38,310 nt of DNA, from positions 1-38,310 of the forward strand of contig JAHXGL010000004.1 of the NCBI GenBank assembly GCA_019923655.1. The letters run 5' to 3'. Source of the stretch: Candidatus Nealsonbacteria bacterium (lineage in GTDB: Bacteria > Patescibacteriota > Minisyncoccia > Minisyncoccales > RBG-13-42-11). The notes under the pieces were generated by a model. The model had not been told where the DNA came from and made no database searches. It saw only the letters and a program-made list of their open reading frames with translations. This document shows, piece after piece, positions 18,861 through 27,358 of this stretch; position 1 is the first letter of the stretch, and each line of letters opens with the position of its first letter. A program made the position numbers and the translations under genes.

Positions 18861-19914
18861 AATGATTTTTAACTACATCAACAAAGGCTTCAAGACGGGT
18901 ATTAATTCCGGCTTCTGCTACTTGCTCGTCTAATGATAAGGATAAAAACGGGAGGCCGCTTTCTTGATGAATTTTGGTCAAAATCGGTCGGACAGTAACC
19001 TCTGGCAGACAGCCGAAAGGTAGCAGCTGAATCACGCCGTCAAAATCATTTTTAACGCAGTCTAACATTTCTTTTATTGCGTCTCTACCATGACCCCCAA
19101 CCGTGGAACAAAGATAAGGCATTATTTTTCTTTGAAGAAACCAATCTATCCAGGGAAACGCAGTTTTTTTAATATGATGGGAAAGGTTCATTTCCCGATG
19201 AATTTCTATCCCTTGTTGTCCCAGTTTTTTCTCTAAATCAAAATTTAGAGAGCTATCGCTTATAAGATAAATTTCGCCAACCAGCCCAACTTTTGGAGGA
19301 TTCAATTTTTTATCAATTTTGATTTGAGAAAATTTCCAAAGGGTCTGTTTTTGAAAAGAGGAAATTTCTTGAAACTTTTTAATTTTAATTTTTGACAACC
19401 TTTCAAAGCATTGGGATAAAATCTTATCTGTTTGGCCGGGGCATATTTCTCTTGGTCTGAGAAAATTAGCTTTTTTTTCTAATTCTTCAATAAGTTTAAT
19501 TATCTTAAAAGCGAGTAAAAACGCTTTTAGACATTGCCATAAAGAGATTTTGTTTTCGTTTTTTATCTTTTTTATTTCAGAAAAAAAATTTTTAGAATTT
19601 AAGTTCAGCACCTTGACTTTATACCCCGCTTCTCTTAGAATTTTCTGCTGAACTATCCAATAATACCTTAAACGACAGCTGCCCCTGATATTCTCCCACA
19701 TAAAAATAGTATTAGCTCCTTTTTCAAGAGCCGGCAAATAATTGCCGACATTTACCTTAAACGGAAAACAAAAAAGCTCTGGGGAAAACTTTACTCCTTG
19801 TTCAATTGTTCTGGAATTGGTTTTTTCAGGAAGAATAACTGTTATTCCCAGATTTTCAAGCAAAACCCTAAAAGCAATGGTATAATTCCCCCAATAAGGA
19901 AAAGTGGCTATCAT
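18841..19914 (-). CDS. Acyl-CoA dehydratase activase-related protein (HGD-D/DUF2229-like)
   Basis: 'CFPFK', 'GSCR', 'LVGEIY', 'PFGCLPE', 'TRLEAF'. Confidence 0.8.
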   Translation of the reverse strand: MIATFPYWGNYTIAFRVLLENLGITVILPEKTNSRTIEQGVKFSPELFCFPFKVNVGNYLPALEKGANTIFMWENIRGSCRLRYYWIVQQKILREAGYKVKVLNLNSKNFFSEIKKIKNENKISLWQCLKAFLLAFKIIKLIEELEKKANFLRPREICPGQTDKILSQCFERLSKIKIKKFQEISSFQKQTLWKFSQIKIDKKLNPPKVGLVGEIYLISDSSLNFDLEKKLGQQGIEIHREMNLSHHIKKTAFPWIDWFLQRKIMPYLCSTVGGHGRDAIKEMLDCVKNDFDGVIQLLPFGCLPEVTVRPILTKIHQESGLPFLSLSLDEQVAEAGINTRLEAFVDVVKNHYENKKH

Positions 19915-20807
19915 AAGGTATCAATAAACGCTTCTAATCTGGTTTGGATTCCAACATCAGCAGTATGTTCATCTATTAATAGATATAAAAAAGGAATTTT
20001 CCTGTCTTTGAACTCTTTTTCAACAAATTCTTTGAGCACTGCGTCGCAGCCGCATTGAAAAGAAGAAATCTCAATTGCCCCGGTGATGTCGTATTTCAAA
20101 ATTTCCTGAATTTGGCGCATTATCTCCTTACCGAACTCCCAATGAAACTCTGGATTTCCAAACTTTACTCCTTTTGAAATTTGAGTTTCTGCAAGCGGAA
20201 CTTCATCTATAAAGAGCGGTTCTGCTTCCAATTTGGTCAGCTTTTCTTTCATCCTTAAATTAAGATGTTCATCATATAAATTATAAGGATGGGAAATTAA
20301 AACTATTTTGGGTTTCTTGGATTGGATTTTTCTAAAAAAATCCTGCCCTGCTTTTTCTTTTAATTCTTGTTCTTTCAGGATAGCGGTTTTTATCGCTTTG
20401 TCTATTGTTTTTTTGTCTTTTTTTAATTTCCTGCCTAATTTTTCAAGAGTTTTTTCAATCTTTTCTTTTCTTCGGTCAAAGGTTCCGGTCAAAATAGGCG
20501 TCTTAATTAAAATCTTTGCCAAATCAGGCAATCCAAAAAATTTAGGGCAATACTCAAGCCCCTGTTCATTGGTTTTTAACAAAGGAACAAAAATATAATC
20601 TGCCCTGTCCGACAACCAGAGAAGATGTCCCCAAAAAACCTTATTTGAAAAGCAAGTTTCAGGGTCAGCCGCCTTAACTCCTTTTTCAATAATTTCTTTA
20701 TTGGTCAAAGGAGAAACAAGAACTTGATAGCCAAGTATTTCAAAAAAAGTTTCCCAAAAATAGGGGTTTTTCCAATAAAATAAACCTCTTGGTATCCCTA
20801 TGGTCAT
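19911..20807 (-). CDS. DUF2229-like acyl-CoA dehydratase activase-related protein
   Basis: 'IGIPRGL', 'CPKFFGLPD', 'HPYNLYD', 'FQCGCD', 'TRLEAF'. Confidence 0.82.
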   Translation of the reverse strand: MTIGIPRGLFYWKNPYFWETFFEILGYQVLVSPLTNKEIIEKGVKAADPETCFSNKVFWGHLLWLSDRADYIFVPLLKTNEQGLEYCPKFFGLPDLAKILIKTPILTGTFDRRKEKIEKTLEKLGRKLKKDKKTIDKAIKTAILKEQELKEKAGQDFFRKIQSKKPKIVLISHPYNLYDEHLNLRMKEKLTKLEAEPLFIDEVPLAETQISKGVKFGNPEFHWEFGKEIMRQIQEILKYDITGAIEISSFQCGCDAVLKEFVEKEFKDRKIPFLYLLIDEHTADVGIQTRLEAFIDTL

Positions 20808-20841
20808 GATTAAAAAAGAGTGTCTTGTTTGGACGGCTTTT

Positions 20842-21840
20842 TTAAAAAAAGTTAAGCAACAAAGAAGTAATTAAAAAATAAATCACCAAACTAGTAATAT
20901 CGGAAGCTATGGCGCAAAAAGGTCCTGAACTCAAAGCTGGATCTTTTTTTAGTTTTTGCAAAATCCAAGGGATTGAAATAGCGCTAACAATGGCAGTCAT
21001 TATTGCCAAAAAAAGAGAAAGACTTAAAACAAAACCGATATATAACTGAATGGAAAACAATAGAGATACAAAAAAAAGTAAAACTGCCAAGAAAAAAGCT
21101 ATTAAAACGCTGGTTTTTATCTCTTTGAAAAAGTAATTTTTTTGTGAAAATTCAGCTAAGGCTAAGTTTCTAATAAATAATATCTGACTCTGGACGCCAA
21201 CAGCATGAGACATATAGAGGATCAAGGGAATAAAAGCGGCTAAAATGAAATGGTCTCTAAGAGGGGTTTCAAAAATAGTGACTATCTTTGCCGCTAAAAC
21301 TCCTCCAAAAAGACCTAAAACCAACCAGGGAAGCCTGAGTTTAGTTAAAACAACAGGGGAAGCTTGAAGAAATTTATCTGCAAAAGTATTGTATTTAGAA
21401 ACTCCGGCAAAGCGCAAAATATCTTCAACATGTTCTGAGTGTAAAATTTCCAGAATAACATCTGAAGTCACAACTCCCAAAAGCCTGTTCTCTCTGTCCA
21501 CTATTGGAATTGATTTAAGGTTGTGTTTTAAAGCCAAAATCGCTACCTTTTCCTGATCAGTATGGGGGCAAACTTTAATAATGCTTCTGGCTATTAAATC
21601 TTCAATTTTAGTTTCTTCTGGTTTTTGAAAAACATCCTTTAAGGAGAGAACTCCGGCTAATTTTCCTTCTCGGTCAACAATATAAATATAGTTTAAGGTT
21701 TCAAATTCCTGGGCTTTTTCAAAAAGTCTTTTCCGAACATCTAAAATCCTTTCTTCTGGCAAGGCCGTAGGAATATTGCTTATCATTCTTCTGCCGGCTG
21801 ACTCTGGCGGATATTTGTTTTTTTTGTCTTGATTATTCAT
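20842..21840 (-). CDS. mgtE: Magnesium transporter MgtE (CBS pair + TM domain)
   Basis: 'YPPESAGRRM', CBS domains, 'RLPWL', 'DPALSSGPF..D'. Confidence 0.92.
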   Translation of the reverse strand: MNNQDKKNKYPPESAGRRMISNIPTALPEERILDVRKRLFEKAQEFETLNYIYIVDREGKLAGVLSLKDVFQKPEETKIEDLIARSIIKVCPHTDQEKVAILALKHNLKSIPIVDRENRLLGVVTSDVILEILHSEHVEDILRFAGVSKYNTFADKFLQASPVVLTKLRLPWLVLGLFGGVLAAKIVTIFETPLRDHFILAAFIPLILYMSHAVGVQSQILFIRNLALAEFSQKNYFFKEIKTSVLIAFFLAVLLFFVSLLFSIQLYIGFVLSLSLFLAIMTAIVSAISIPWILQKLKKDPALSSGPFCAIASDITSLVIYFLITSLLLNFF

Positions 21841-21900
21841 CTACCCGAATCGCAATGTAGGGTTAAGAAGAGATTTATCTCTTCGACTAGCTGTTTTTAA

Positions 21901-23148
21901 TTAAAATAGGGTTTTTTGTTTTAAAAGCGTTTTTTGTTCGCCCGGAGAAAAAATTTTTATTTTCCCGTAAACTCCATCGTAGCCGGGATCTTTAACCACC
22001 TTCCCTTCTCTCGCTCTTATTATTGCCTCACTGATTTCAGGAAGAGTTGCGGTCTGCAGGCTTTCTGGCGGCACCTCAAGAAGAATATTAAATTCTGAGC
22101 CCAATTTTTCAATTAAATTTTTGTATTCTTTTTCAACTCCCTTGGTTCCGGCAGAACAACCTAAGGCATCGGCAATAATCTCTTCTAAAGGAACTAAACT
22201 TTTAAAAGGTATTGCTCCTTCCGGCTTGAAACCTTTCTCTCTATCTGCTAATTCTTCAACTCGGTTTAAAACTCCGATTGTCAAAGGTTTTCCGCAACTC
22301 GGACATATCCCATTGTATTTTTTTGTCTCTTGGGGGGATAAACTGATTTCGCAGAGACGGTGCCCGTCATAGTGATATTTTCCTTCTTCGGGAAAAAATT
22401 CAATGGTGTATAAAAATTTTTTAGAATCTTTTGCTTTGATTGCGTCAATAATCGCGGGATAGCTTACGTCCGTATCAAAAACATTTGCCTCTCTGCCTAT
22501 TTTTTGCGGCGAATGCGCATCGCTGTTAGAGATTAAGGTAATTTTATCCAGGGAAGATAATCGCCAATTCATTTCAGGGTTGCTGCTTAATCCTGTTTCA
22601 ATTGCATAAATATATTTTGAGTAATCTTCAAAACATTCTTCAATTGAGTCAAAGCCAGATCTTGAACCAAAAATAGAAAACCATGGAGTCCAGGCGTGCG
22701 ATGGCACTATTAAACAATCTTCAGAAATATTTAAAACAATTTTCAGAAGTTCTTTAGCATCTAATCCTAAAATTGGCCTGCCGTCAGATTTTAGATTGCC
22801 AATCCAACTCAGCTGAACATTAATTTTTTCAACCGCCTCAAAAGATGGAGCAAAAACAATAATATGAATTTTTCGAACCTTGCCACCTTTGGAGTAAATG
22901 CAACTAATTTCAGCGGTTAAAATAAAACGAGTTTCAGAATCAGAATTTTTTAATTTTAATAAACCTGCTTCAGCCGGCTCTAACTTTTCTTTTATGTTTT
23001 TAAACCATTCCGGATGGGTAAAATCACCGGTTCCTAAAACTTTGATTCCCTTAATTTTTGCCCACTTGTCAAGGTTTTCCAAATCCATCTGAGGGGAAGT
23101 GGCTCTTGAATATTTTGAATGAATATGAAAATCAACAATAAATTGCAT
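21901..23148 (-). CDS. PHP-domain endonuclease Q family protein
   Basis: 'DFHIHSKYSRATS', 'GTGDFTHP', 'SNSDAHS', 'GKYHYDGHR', CxxC, 'PGYDGVYG'. Confidence 0.88.
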   Translation of the reverse strand: MQFIVDFHIHSKYSRATSPQMDLENLDKWAKIKGIKVLGTGDFTHPEWFKNIKEKLEPAEAGLLKLKNSDSETRFILTAEISCIYSKGGKVRKIHIIVFAPSFEAVEKINVQLSWIGNLKSDGRPILGLDAKELLKIVLNISEDCLIVPSHAWTPWFSIFGSRSGFDSIEECFEDYSKYIYAIETGLSSNPEMNWRLSSLDKITLISNSDAHSPQKIGREANVFDTDVSYPAIIDAIKAKDSKKFLYTIEFFPEEGKYHYDGHRLCEISLSPQETKKYNGICPSCGKPLTIGVLNRVEELADREKGFKPEGAIPFKSLVPLEEIIADALGCSAGTKGVEKEYKNLIEKLGSEFNILLEVPPESLQTATLPEISEAIIRAREGKVVKDPGYDGVYGKIKIFSPGEQKTLLKQKTLF

Positions 23149-23153
23149 ATAAA

Positions 23154-23388
23154 TGGGTAAAGTTCGATTTCCCGGACCGATTTCAGAAGCGAGGCAATAG
23201 GTTTCAAGGCAGCTTTCGCAGGCTTGTTGGCATGGTTCCCGAACAAAGTGAGGGACAACAAGCCGAGAACGCAGGCTGTAAAATCTCGCTGGGATTTTAA
23301 CAGCCGGTGACTTGAAACTTGATTGCTGAGCTTCTGATGCTTTAAGCTAAATTACGAACAAATAGGTCCGTTTTTCAGACTTTACCCA
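23154..23388. mobile_element. 235-bp highly self-complementary MITE-like element or structured ncRNA
   Basis: 10-bp terminal inverted repeat TGGGTAAAGT/ACTTTACCCA, flanking ATAAA direct repeat, and nested internal stems. Confidence 0.6.
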
Positions 23389-23393
23389 ATAAA

Positions 23394-24536
23394 TTAAAAC
23401 TTAAAGAAGAACTGGGAAATTGCTCCCAAGATAAATATGCCGATTAAAAAATATAATAAAACTTGAGGCGCCTTTAAGCTGTATTCTGGCTGCCTGTTTC
23501 CCAAAGTTTTTGCTTTTTTGAAAATCAAAACTATAGCCACTCCTTCAACAACGCCAAGAATAGTGCCGACAAAACCAACCACTGCAATAAATTCACGGAA
23601 GCCAATTAAAAATAAGATTAAGGGCATACCGCAAGAAATAATAGCTGGAAAGGGTCTGGGAACCTTGAAATCATAAAATAGAGAGTTTTTCAAATAATTT
23701 CCTAAAATTAAAAAAGAGGTCGCAATAGCTAATATGCCGAAAAGAGCTCCCAACATAATGATTTTTTGTCCTAAAAAAGGCAGCAGCCCTTGAAGAGCTT
23801 CCTTTGTGGTATTCTGGCCAGACACCCCGACAACCGACAGAATAAAAAGAAAATAAAGAAAAACGACTATTAAGCTGGATAAGATAATCACTTTTTTTAT
23901 TTTTCTTTTCCCGTCAGGGCTTTCAAAAATTTCTGAAAGAATAGGAATGGCTGGCCAGCCAATTAAAGAGAACAAAATTATGCCGTAGGGCAGAAAAATA
24001 TTTTCCGGGTTAATCAAAATAAAATTTTCAAGGTTTATTTGAGGAAGCGCAAAAAAGAAAATCAAAAAAATTATAAGAATAAAAGCAATGCTCATTAGAA
24101 GCTGAACCGGGGCAATTAATTTTATACCCCTAAAAATAAAAAAAGTAAGGATTGCCCAAAAAATTAAACTAAAATAAAATGAAGAAATATCTAAAAAGGG
24201 AGAAAAAACAATTTTTAAAAAATCTCCCCCGATAATAATGTAAGCCAAAAGAGCTCCAGTAATAGCTAAAAAAGTTGAAAAAGCAACTATAATTTTGGCT
24301 TTTTCTCCTAGATATTTTTCAGCAAAGCCAGGCAGACGAAGTTTTTCTTTTGTTCTTAAAACTATTTCTCCGAAAAACAGATGAATTAATAATACTGCTC
24401 CGCTTAAAATTAAAAAATAAAAAAAGCCGGGAATAATTCCGCTTTTTGAAATCACATAAGGAATACCAAAAATGCCTGCTCCAATAATTGTCCCGGTTAA
24501 AACAGCTAAGGCAAGAATAAAATTTTTCTGAAACAT
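23394..24536 (-). CDS. Aromatic amino acid (HAAAP/APC-type) permease
   Basis: 'GTIIGAGIFGIPY', ~11 TMs, 'ATSFL'. Confidence 0.85.
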   Translation of the reverse strand: MFQKNFILALAVLTGTIIGAGIFGIPYVISKSGIIPGFFYFLILSGAVLLIHLFFGEIVLRTKEKLRLPGFAEKYLGEKAKIIVAFSTFLAITGALLAYIIIGGDFLKIVFSPFLDISSFYFSLIFWAILTFFIFRGIKLIAPVQLLMSIAFILIIFLIFFFALPQINLENFILINPENIFLPYGIILFSLIGWPAIPILSEIFESPDGKRKIKKVIILSSLIVVFLYFLFILSVVGVSGQNTTKEALQGLLPFLGQKIIMLGALFGILAIATSFLILGNYLKNSLFYDFKVPRPFPAIISCGMPLILFLIGFREFIAVVGFVGTILGVVEGVAIVLIFKKAKTLGNRQPEYSLKAPQVLLYFLIGIFILGAISQFFFKF

Positions 24537-24633
24537 ATCAATAAAGACCCTGCTCAGCGGAGCGCGTGTTTAATCCTGTACTCCTAATTAATATCTCTGA
24601 AACACAGAAATCTGAAACACAGAAATTAAAACT

Positions 24634-24897
24634 CTACAATTTATACACTTTATATCCTTCTCGAACCTTTTGAGTAATCTTAAAACCAACTGAATCGCCC
24701 TTTTTGGCCTCTTCAACTTTTTTGTGGTCAACTTCCATTGATTCAATGATTTGGGTGAAATCAGTTTCGCCCCCAACAATGCGAAGAGTATCTCCTATTT
24801 TAACAGGTTTAAAGAGTCCAATAACAGCTACTCCGATATTGCCAAAATAGTGGCTAATTCTGCCTATTAATTGTCCTTGCTCAATCTTTTCTTCCAT
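24634..24897 (-). CDS. Small beta-barrel protein (translation-factor domain II / U32 C-terminal-like)
   Basis: 'IGRISHYFGNIGVA..GDTLRIVG..SMEVDHKKVEEAKKGDSVG'. Confidence 0.75.
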   Translation of the reverse strand: MEEKIEQGQLIGRISHYFGNIGVAVIGLFKPVKIGDTLRIVGGETDFTQIIESMEVDHKKVEEAKKGDSVGFKITQKVREGYKVYKL

Positions 24898-24997
24898 AGC
24901 ATAATTTTGAATTTTTATCTTTATTGTTCGACCTTTTCTGAGTTTTTTTCTACTCCTATTCTAACACATTTTTTGAAAAAAAACGCCCCCAGGTTAT

Positions 24998-25102
24998 AGT
25001 ATTCCAAATTCGTAGGATTTGGAAACGCAGTATTCCAAATTCGTAGGATTTGGAAACGCAGTATTCCAAATTCGTAGGATTTGGAAACGCAGTATTCCAA
25101 AT
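24998..25102. repeat. 31-bp palindromic tandem repeat x3.4 (AGTATTCCAAATTCGTAGGATTTGGAAACGC)
   Basis: Exact units at 24998, 25029 and 25060 plus a partial unit. No spacers. Confidence 0.95.
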
Positions 25103-25158
25103 CCTTCCTGGTCTTGGAAGTGAATTTAAAAACTTTACTCCGTTGGGGGCGGATGATA

Positions 25159-25306
25159 ATCTATTAATGAGGGGGAAAAGCTCTTGACAAACTTGACGCC
25201 TGTTTAAGTTTTCTGATTGGATAATAATCAGGCAGCTGCTTTTCGGAGTCTCCTCTATCAAAAACCTTTATCCATAGAGAACATGTCTCGCACCCCCTCA
25301 TTAGAC
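25159..25306 (-). ncRNA. ssrS: Probable 6S RNA
   Basis: ~148-nt rod: closing stem AATGAGGGGG/CCCCCTCATT, inner stem GGTTTTTGAT/ATCAGAAAAC, unpaired central region. It begins just downstream of TTGACA-N16-TATAAT. The family call comes from architecture only. Confidence 0.6.
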
Positions 25307-25310
25307 TTTC

Positions 25311-25338
25311 ATTATACTTATATTAAGAACCCTGTCAA
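25311..25338 (-). promoter_or_regulatory. Sigma70-type promoter TTGACA-N16-TATAAT
   Basis: Perfect consensus hexamers directly upstream of the structured RNA. Confidence 0.8.
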
Positions 25339-25411
25339 GCTTTTTGCGCTAGATGTTAAAATGGGGTCTGACCCCTTAGGCACAAACCAGGAATCTGACC
25401 CCATAGTCATT

Positions 25412-26119
25412 TTATCTTCTCCTTCCAAAGATTTTGCCAGCCATATAAAAAGGCAGAGAAAAAACCAAAGCTAAAAATCCCAACATTGCGCCCAAAACCA
25501 ATATCTGTCCCAGACGCTCATTAAAAATTATTCCTAAAAAATAAGGCAGAAAATCCAAATAATAAAACGCAATTCCTAAAATAAAAATGATTAACAACCC
25601 AACAAAAGCATTTTTGAAATCCTGCTTAGACGGAACCAAACAGATAATTATTGAAATAGCTAAATAGACAAAAAACCAGAATTGCCATTTCAACCAATAG
25701 GACTGAACAAAAACAGGAATTCCCTGAAAAGCAATGACAGCTCCCTGAACAAATGGTTGAGAAAAATCTATCCCGCCAAAAACAATCCCTAAATTAAAAA
25801 GCCAGGCAACAAGCCAAAGAGCGCCAATCCCGCCTAAAATAGGCGCGAAACTAATGAAAATTTTGCCGATAATCGGAATTTTAGGCGGATAATGCCTAAC
25901 ATAACCCCCTTGAGAAGAAAAAAGATTAATTTCCTGAATTTTTGCTCCGGATAAAAAACAGGCAAGCGCGTGAGAAAATTCATGAATTATTATTCCGGGA
26001 GCGATAAAAATACGATATTTTATTCCAAAAAGAATCTTATTCCAAAGATTGGTTAAAACAAAACTTAAACCAAAAACCAATATTAACCAAAGAAAAACAT
26101 TAAAACTTTGCTCAAGCAT
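25412..26119 (-). CDS. M50-like membrane metalloprotease
   Basis: 'PGIIIHEFSHALAC' HExxH, 'FAP', 'PSKQD', several TMs. Confidence 0.8.
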   Translation of the reverse strand: MLEQSFNVFLWLILVFGLSFVLTNLWNKILFGIKYRIFIAPGIIIHEFSHALACFLSGAKIQEINLFSSQGGYVRHYPPKIPIIGKIFISFAPILGGIGALWLVAWLFNLGIVFGGIDFSQPFVQGAVIAFQGIPVFVQSYWLKWQFWFFVYLAISIIICLVPSKQDFKNAFVGLLIIFILGIAFYYLDFLPYFLGIIFNERLGQILVLGAMLGFLALVFSLPFYMAGKIFGRRR

Positions 26120-26138
26120 AAGTAAAAAATTTTACAAA

Positions 26139-27083
26139 TTAATTCCGAGAAATCCTAATTAGTCCTGAACAAACAACAATTTCTATTCCCTGCTTTTCCA
26201 ACTCATCTAAAAACAGATTCATTCCTATGGAATCAGAGGAAATATGGCCGGCAATAATAACATTGATATTCGCTTTTTCCGCTTCTTCCCGATGTTTTTC
26301 TGAAATATGCATTCCAATAACAGTGCCTGCTCCAGCTTGAGCTAATTTCTCATAAATCTCTGGCGCGCCTTCAGTGCCGCCGGTAATTTCTGTCAAAACA
26401 ATTTTGCCGCATCGGCTTTCTTTATTTCCAACAAAAATTTTAGGGCCGGCGCCAATAGCCTTTGCCTGTTTATATTCTGGAATTTCCTTCAAGGACTTTA
26501 TTATTTGTTCCAATAAAATTGGCTTGTCTTTTTTCAATTTGGCATCAACGAATTTAGCCACTAAATTATCACAGGGAGTATGGATGGATAAAAAAGGTAG
26601 ATTAAGATGTTGAGCCATATCAACTGCTCGGTTATGATTGACTGGAGAAATCCCTCTGGCGACTTCTTCTATCCTTTTGTTTAAAAGTTTTTCAGCAATA
26701 TTTATTGGCACGCCGTATTGAGCCAAAACATCAATCTGCAATTGCATAACATCGTCAAGGCCAGACAATGCTTTGCCCCTGGGATGATGGGTAATAACCA
26801 AATCAATGTTTTTGAGCTTAGTCGCCAAAAGCAGTTCCTCGCCGTCAATATCAACTCCGATTAAAATCTTTTTCACTTCCTTTTTTGGATCTCCAAATAA
26901 AATTCTGGTGTCAGAAAAAGGATTTTCTAATCTTTCCAAATCAAACTCTTGCTTTTCCTCTTTTCTCATTTTGCCATACTTTTCTTTGAGCCGTCCAAGC
27001 ATTTTTTCAATTTCTTGTTTGCCGCGAAAATCGCTTTCTATTCCCATTTTTATGGCTAAATTGTAGATTTCTTGAATAGTCAT
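26139..27083 (-). CDS. NIF3-like dinuclear metal-binding protein
   Basis: 'GVDID', 'THHP', 'HTPCDN', 'GMH', 'AGHISSDSIG'. Confidence 0.85.
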   Translation of the reverse strand: MTIQEIYNLAIKMGIESDFRGKQEIEKMLGRLKEKYGKMRKEEKQEFDLERLENPFSDTRILFGDPKKEVKKILIGVDIDGEELLLATKLKNIDLVITHHPRGKALSGLDDVMQLQIDVLAQYGVPINIAEKLLNKRIEEVARGISPVNHNRAVDMAQHLNLPFLSIHTPCDNLVAKFVDAKLKKDKPILLEQIIKSLKEIPEYKQAKAIGAGPKIFVGNKESRCGKIVLTEITGGTEGAPEIYEKLAQAGAGTVIGMHISEKHREEAEKANINVIIAGHISSDSIGMNLFLDELEKQGIEIVVCSGLIRISRN

Positions 27084-27100
27084 AATTTTGTCTTAATAAA

Positions 27101-27232
27101 TTATATCGCTAAAAATTTTTTGTATAATTCATTAATTAATTTCTCTTGTTCTTTGACATTCAAAATTTCCCGGCGAATCCGGGCTTTTTCTCTGCGAATA
27201 AATTTTCTCATGCTTTTTGGCAAACGTTTCAT
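27101..27232 (-). CDS. Small basic 43-aa protein (MKRLPKSMRKFIRREKARIRREILNVKEQEKLINELYKKFLAI)
   Basis: Clean ATG..TAA ORF, co-oriented, ending 17 bp before the NIF3 start. Below the ORF-track cutoff. Confidence 0.65.
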   Translation of the reverse strand: MKRLPKSMRKFIRREKARIRREILNVKEQEKLINELYKKFLAI

Positions 27233-27358
27233 ATCTTCGCGACACTAATTTATAAACAACACATGAATGCACAAGCTTTATAAATAAAATAAGTATCATT
27301 ATAAATTAAGAATTCTCCGGGGCCTTAGGAGTGTGGAATTTGTAATTGGTGTCGCTCC

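Noticed and set aside
21841-21900. Mg2+ riboswitch upstream of mgtE
   Set aside because: The spacer is only 60 bp with a short palindrome (GAAGAGAT/ATCTCTTC), too small for an M-box. It is more likely a repeat remnant.
23034-23261. 75-aa ORF overlapping the structured element
   Set aside because: It overlaps the endonuclease Q-like gene out of frame and is better explained by the RNA/MITE structure.
24998-25102. CRISPR array (31-bp palindromic repeats)
   Set aside because: The units are head-to-tail with no spacers, and there are no cas genes. It is a tandem palindromic repeat.
24956-25474. ORFs 24956-25261 and 25217-25474
   Set aside because: They run through the tandem repeat, the 6S-like RNA and its promoter, with no protein motif.
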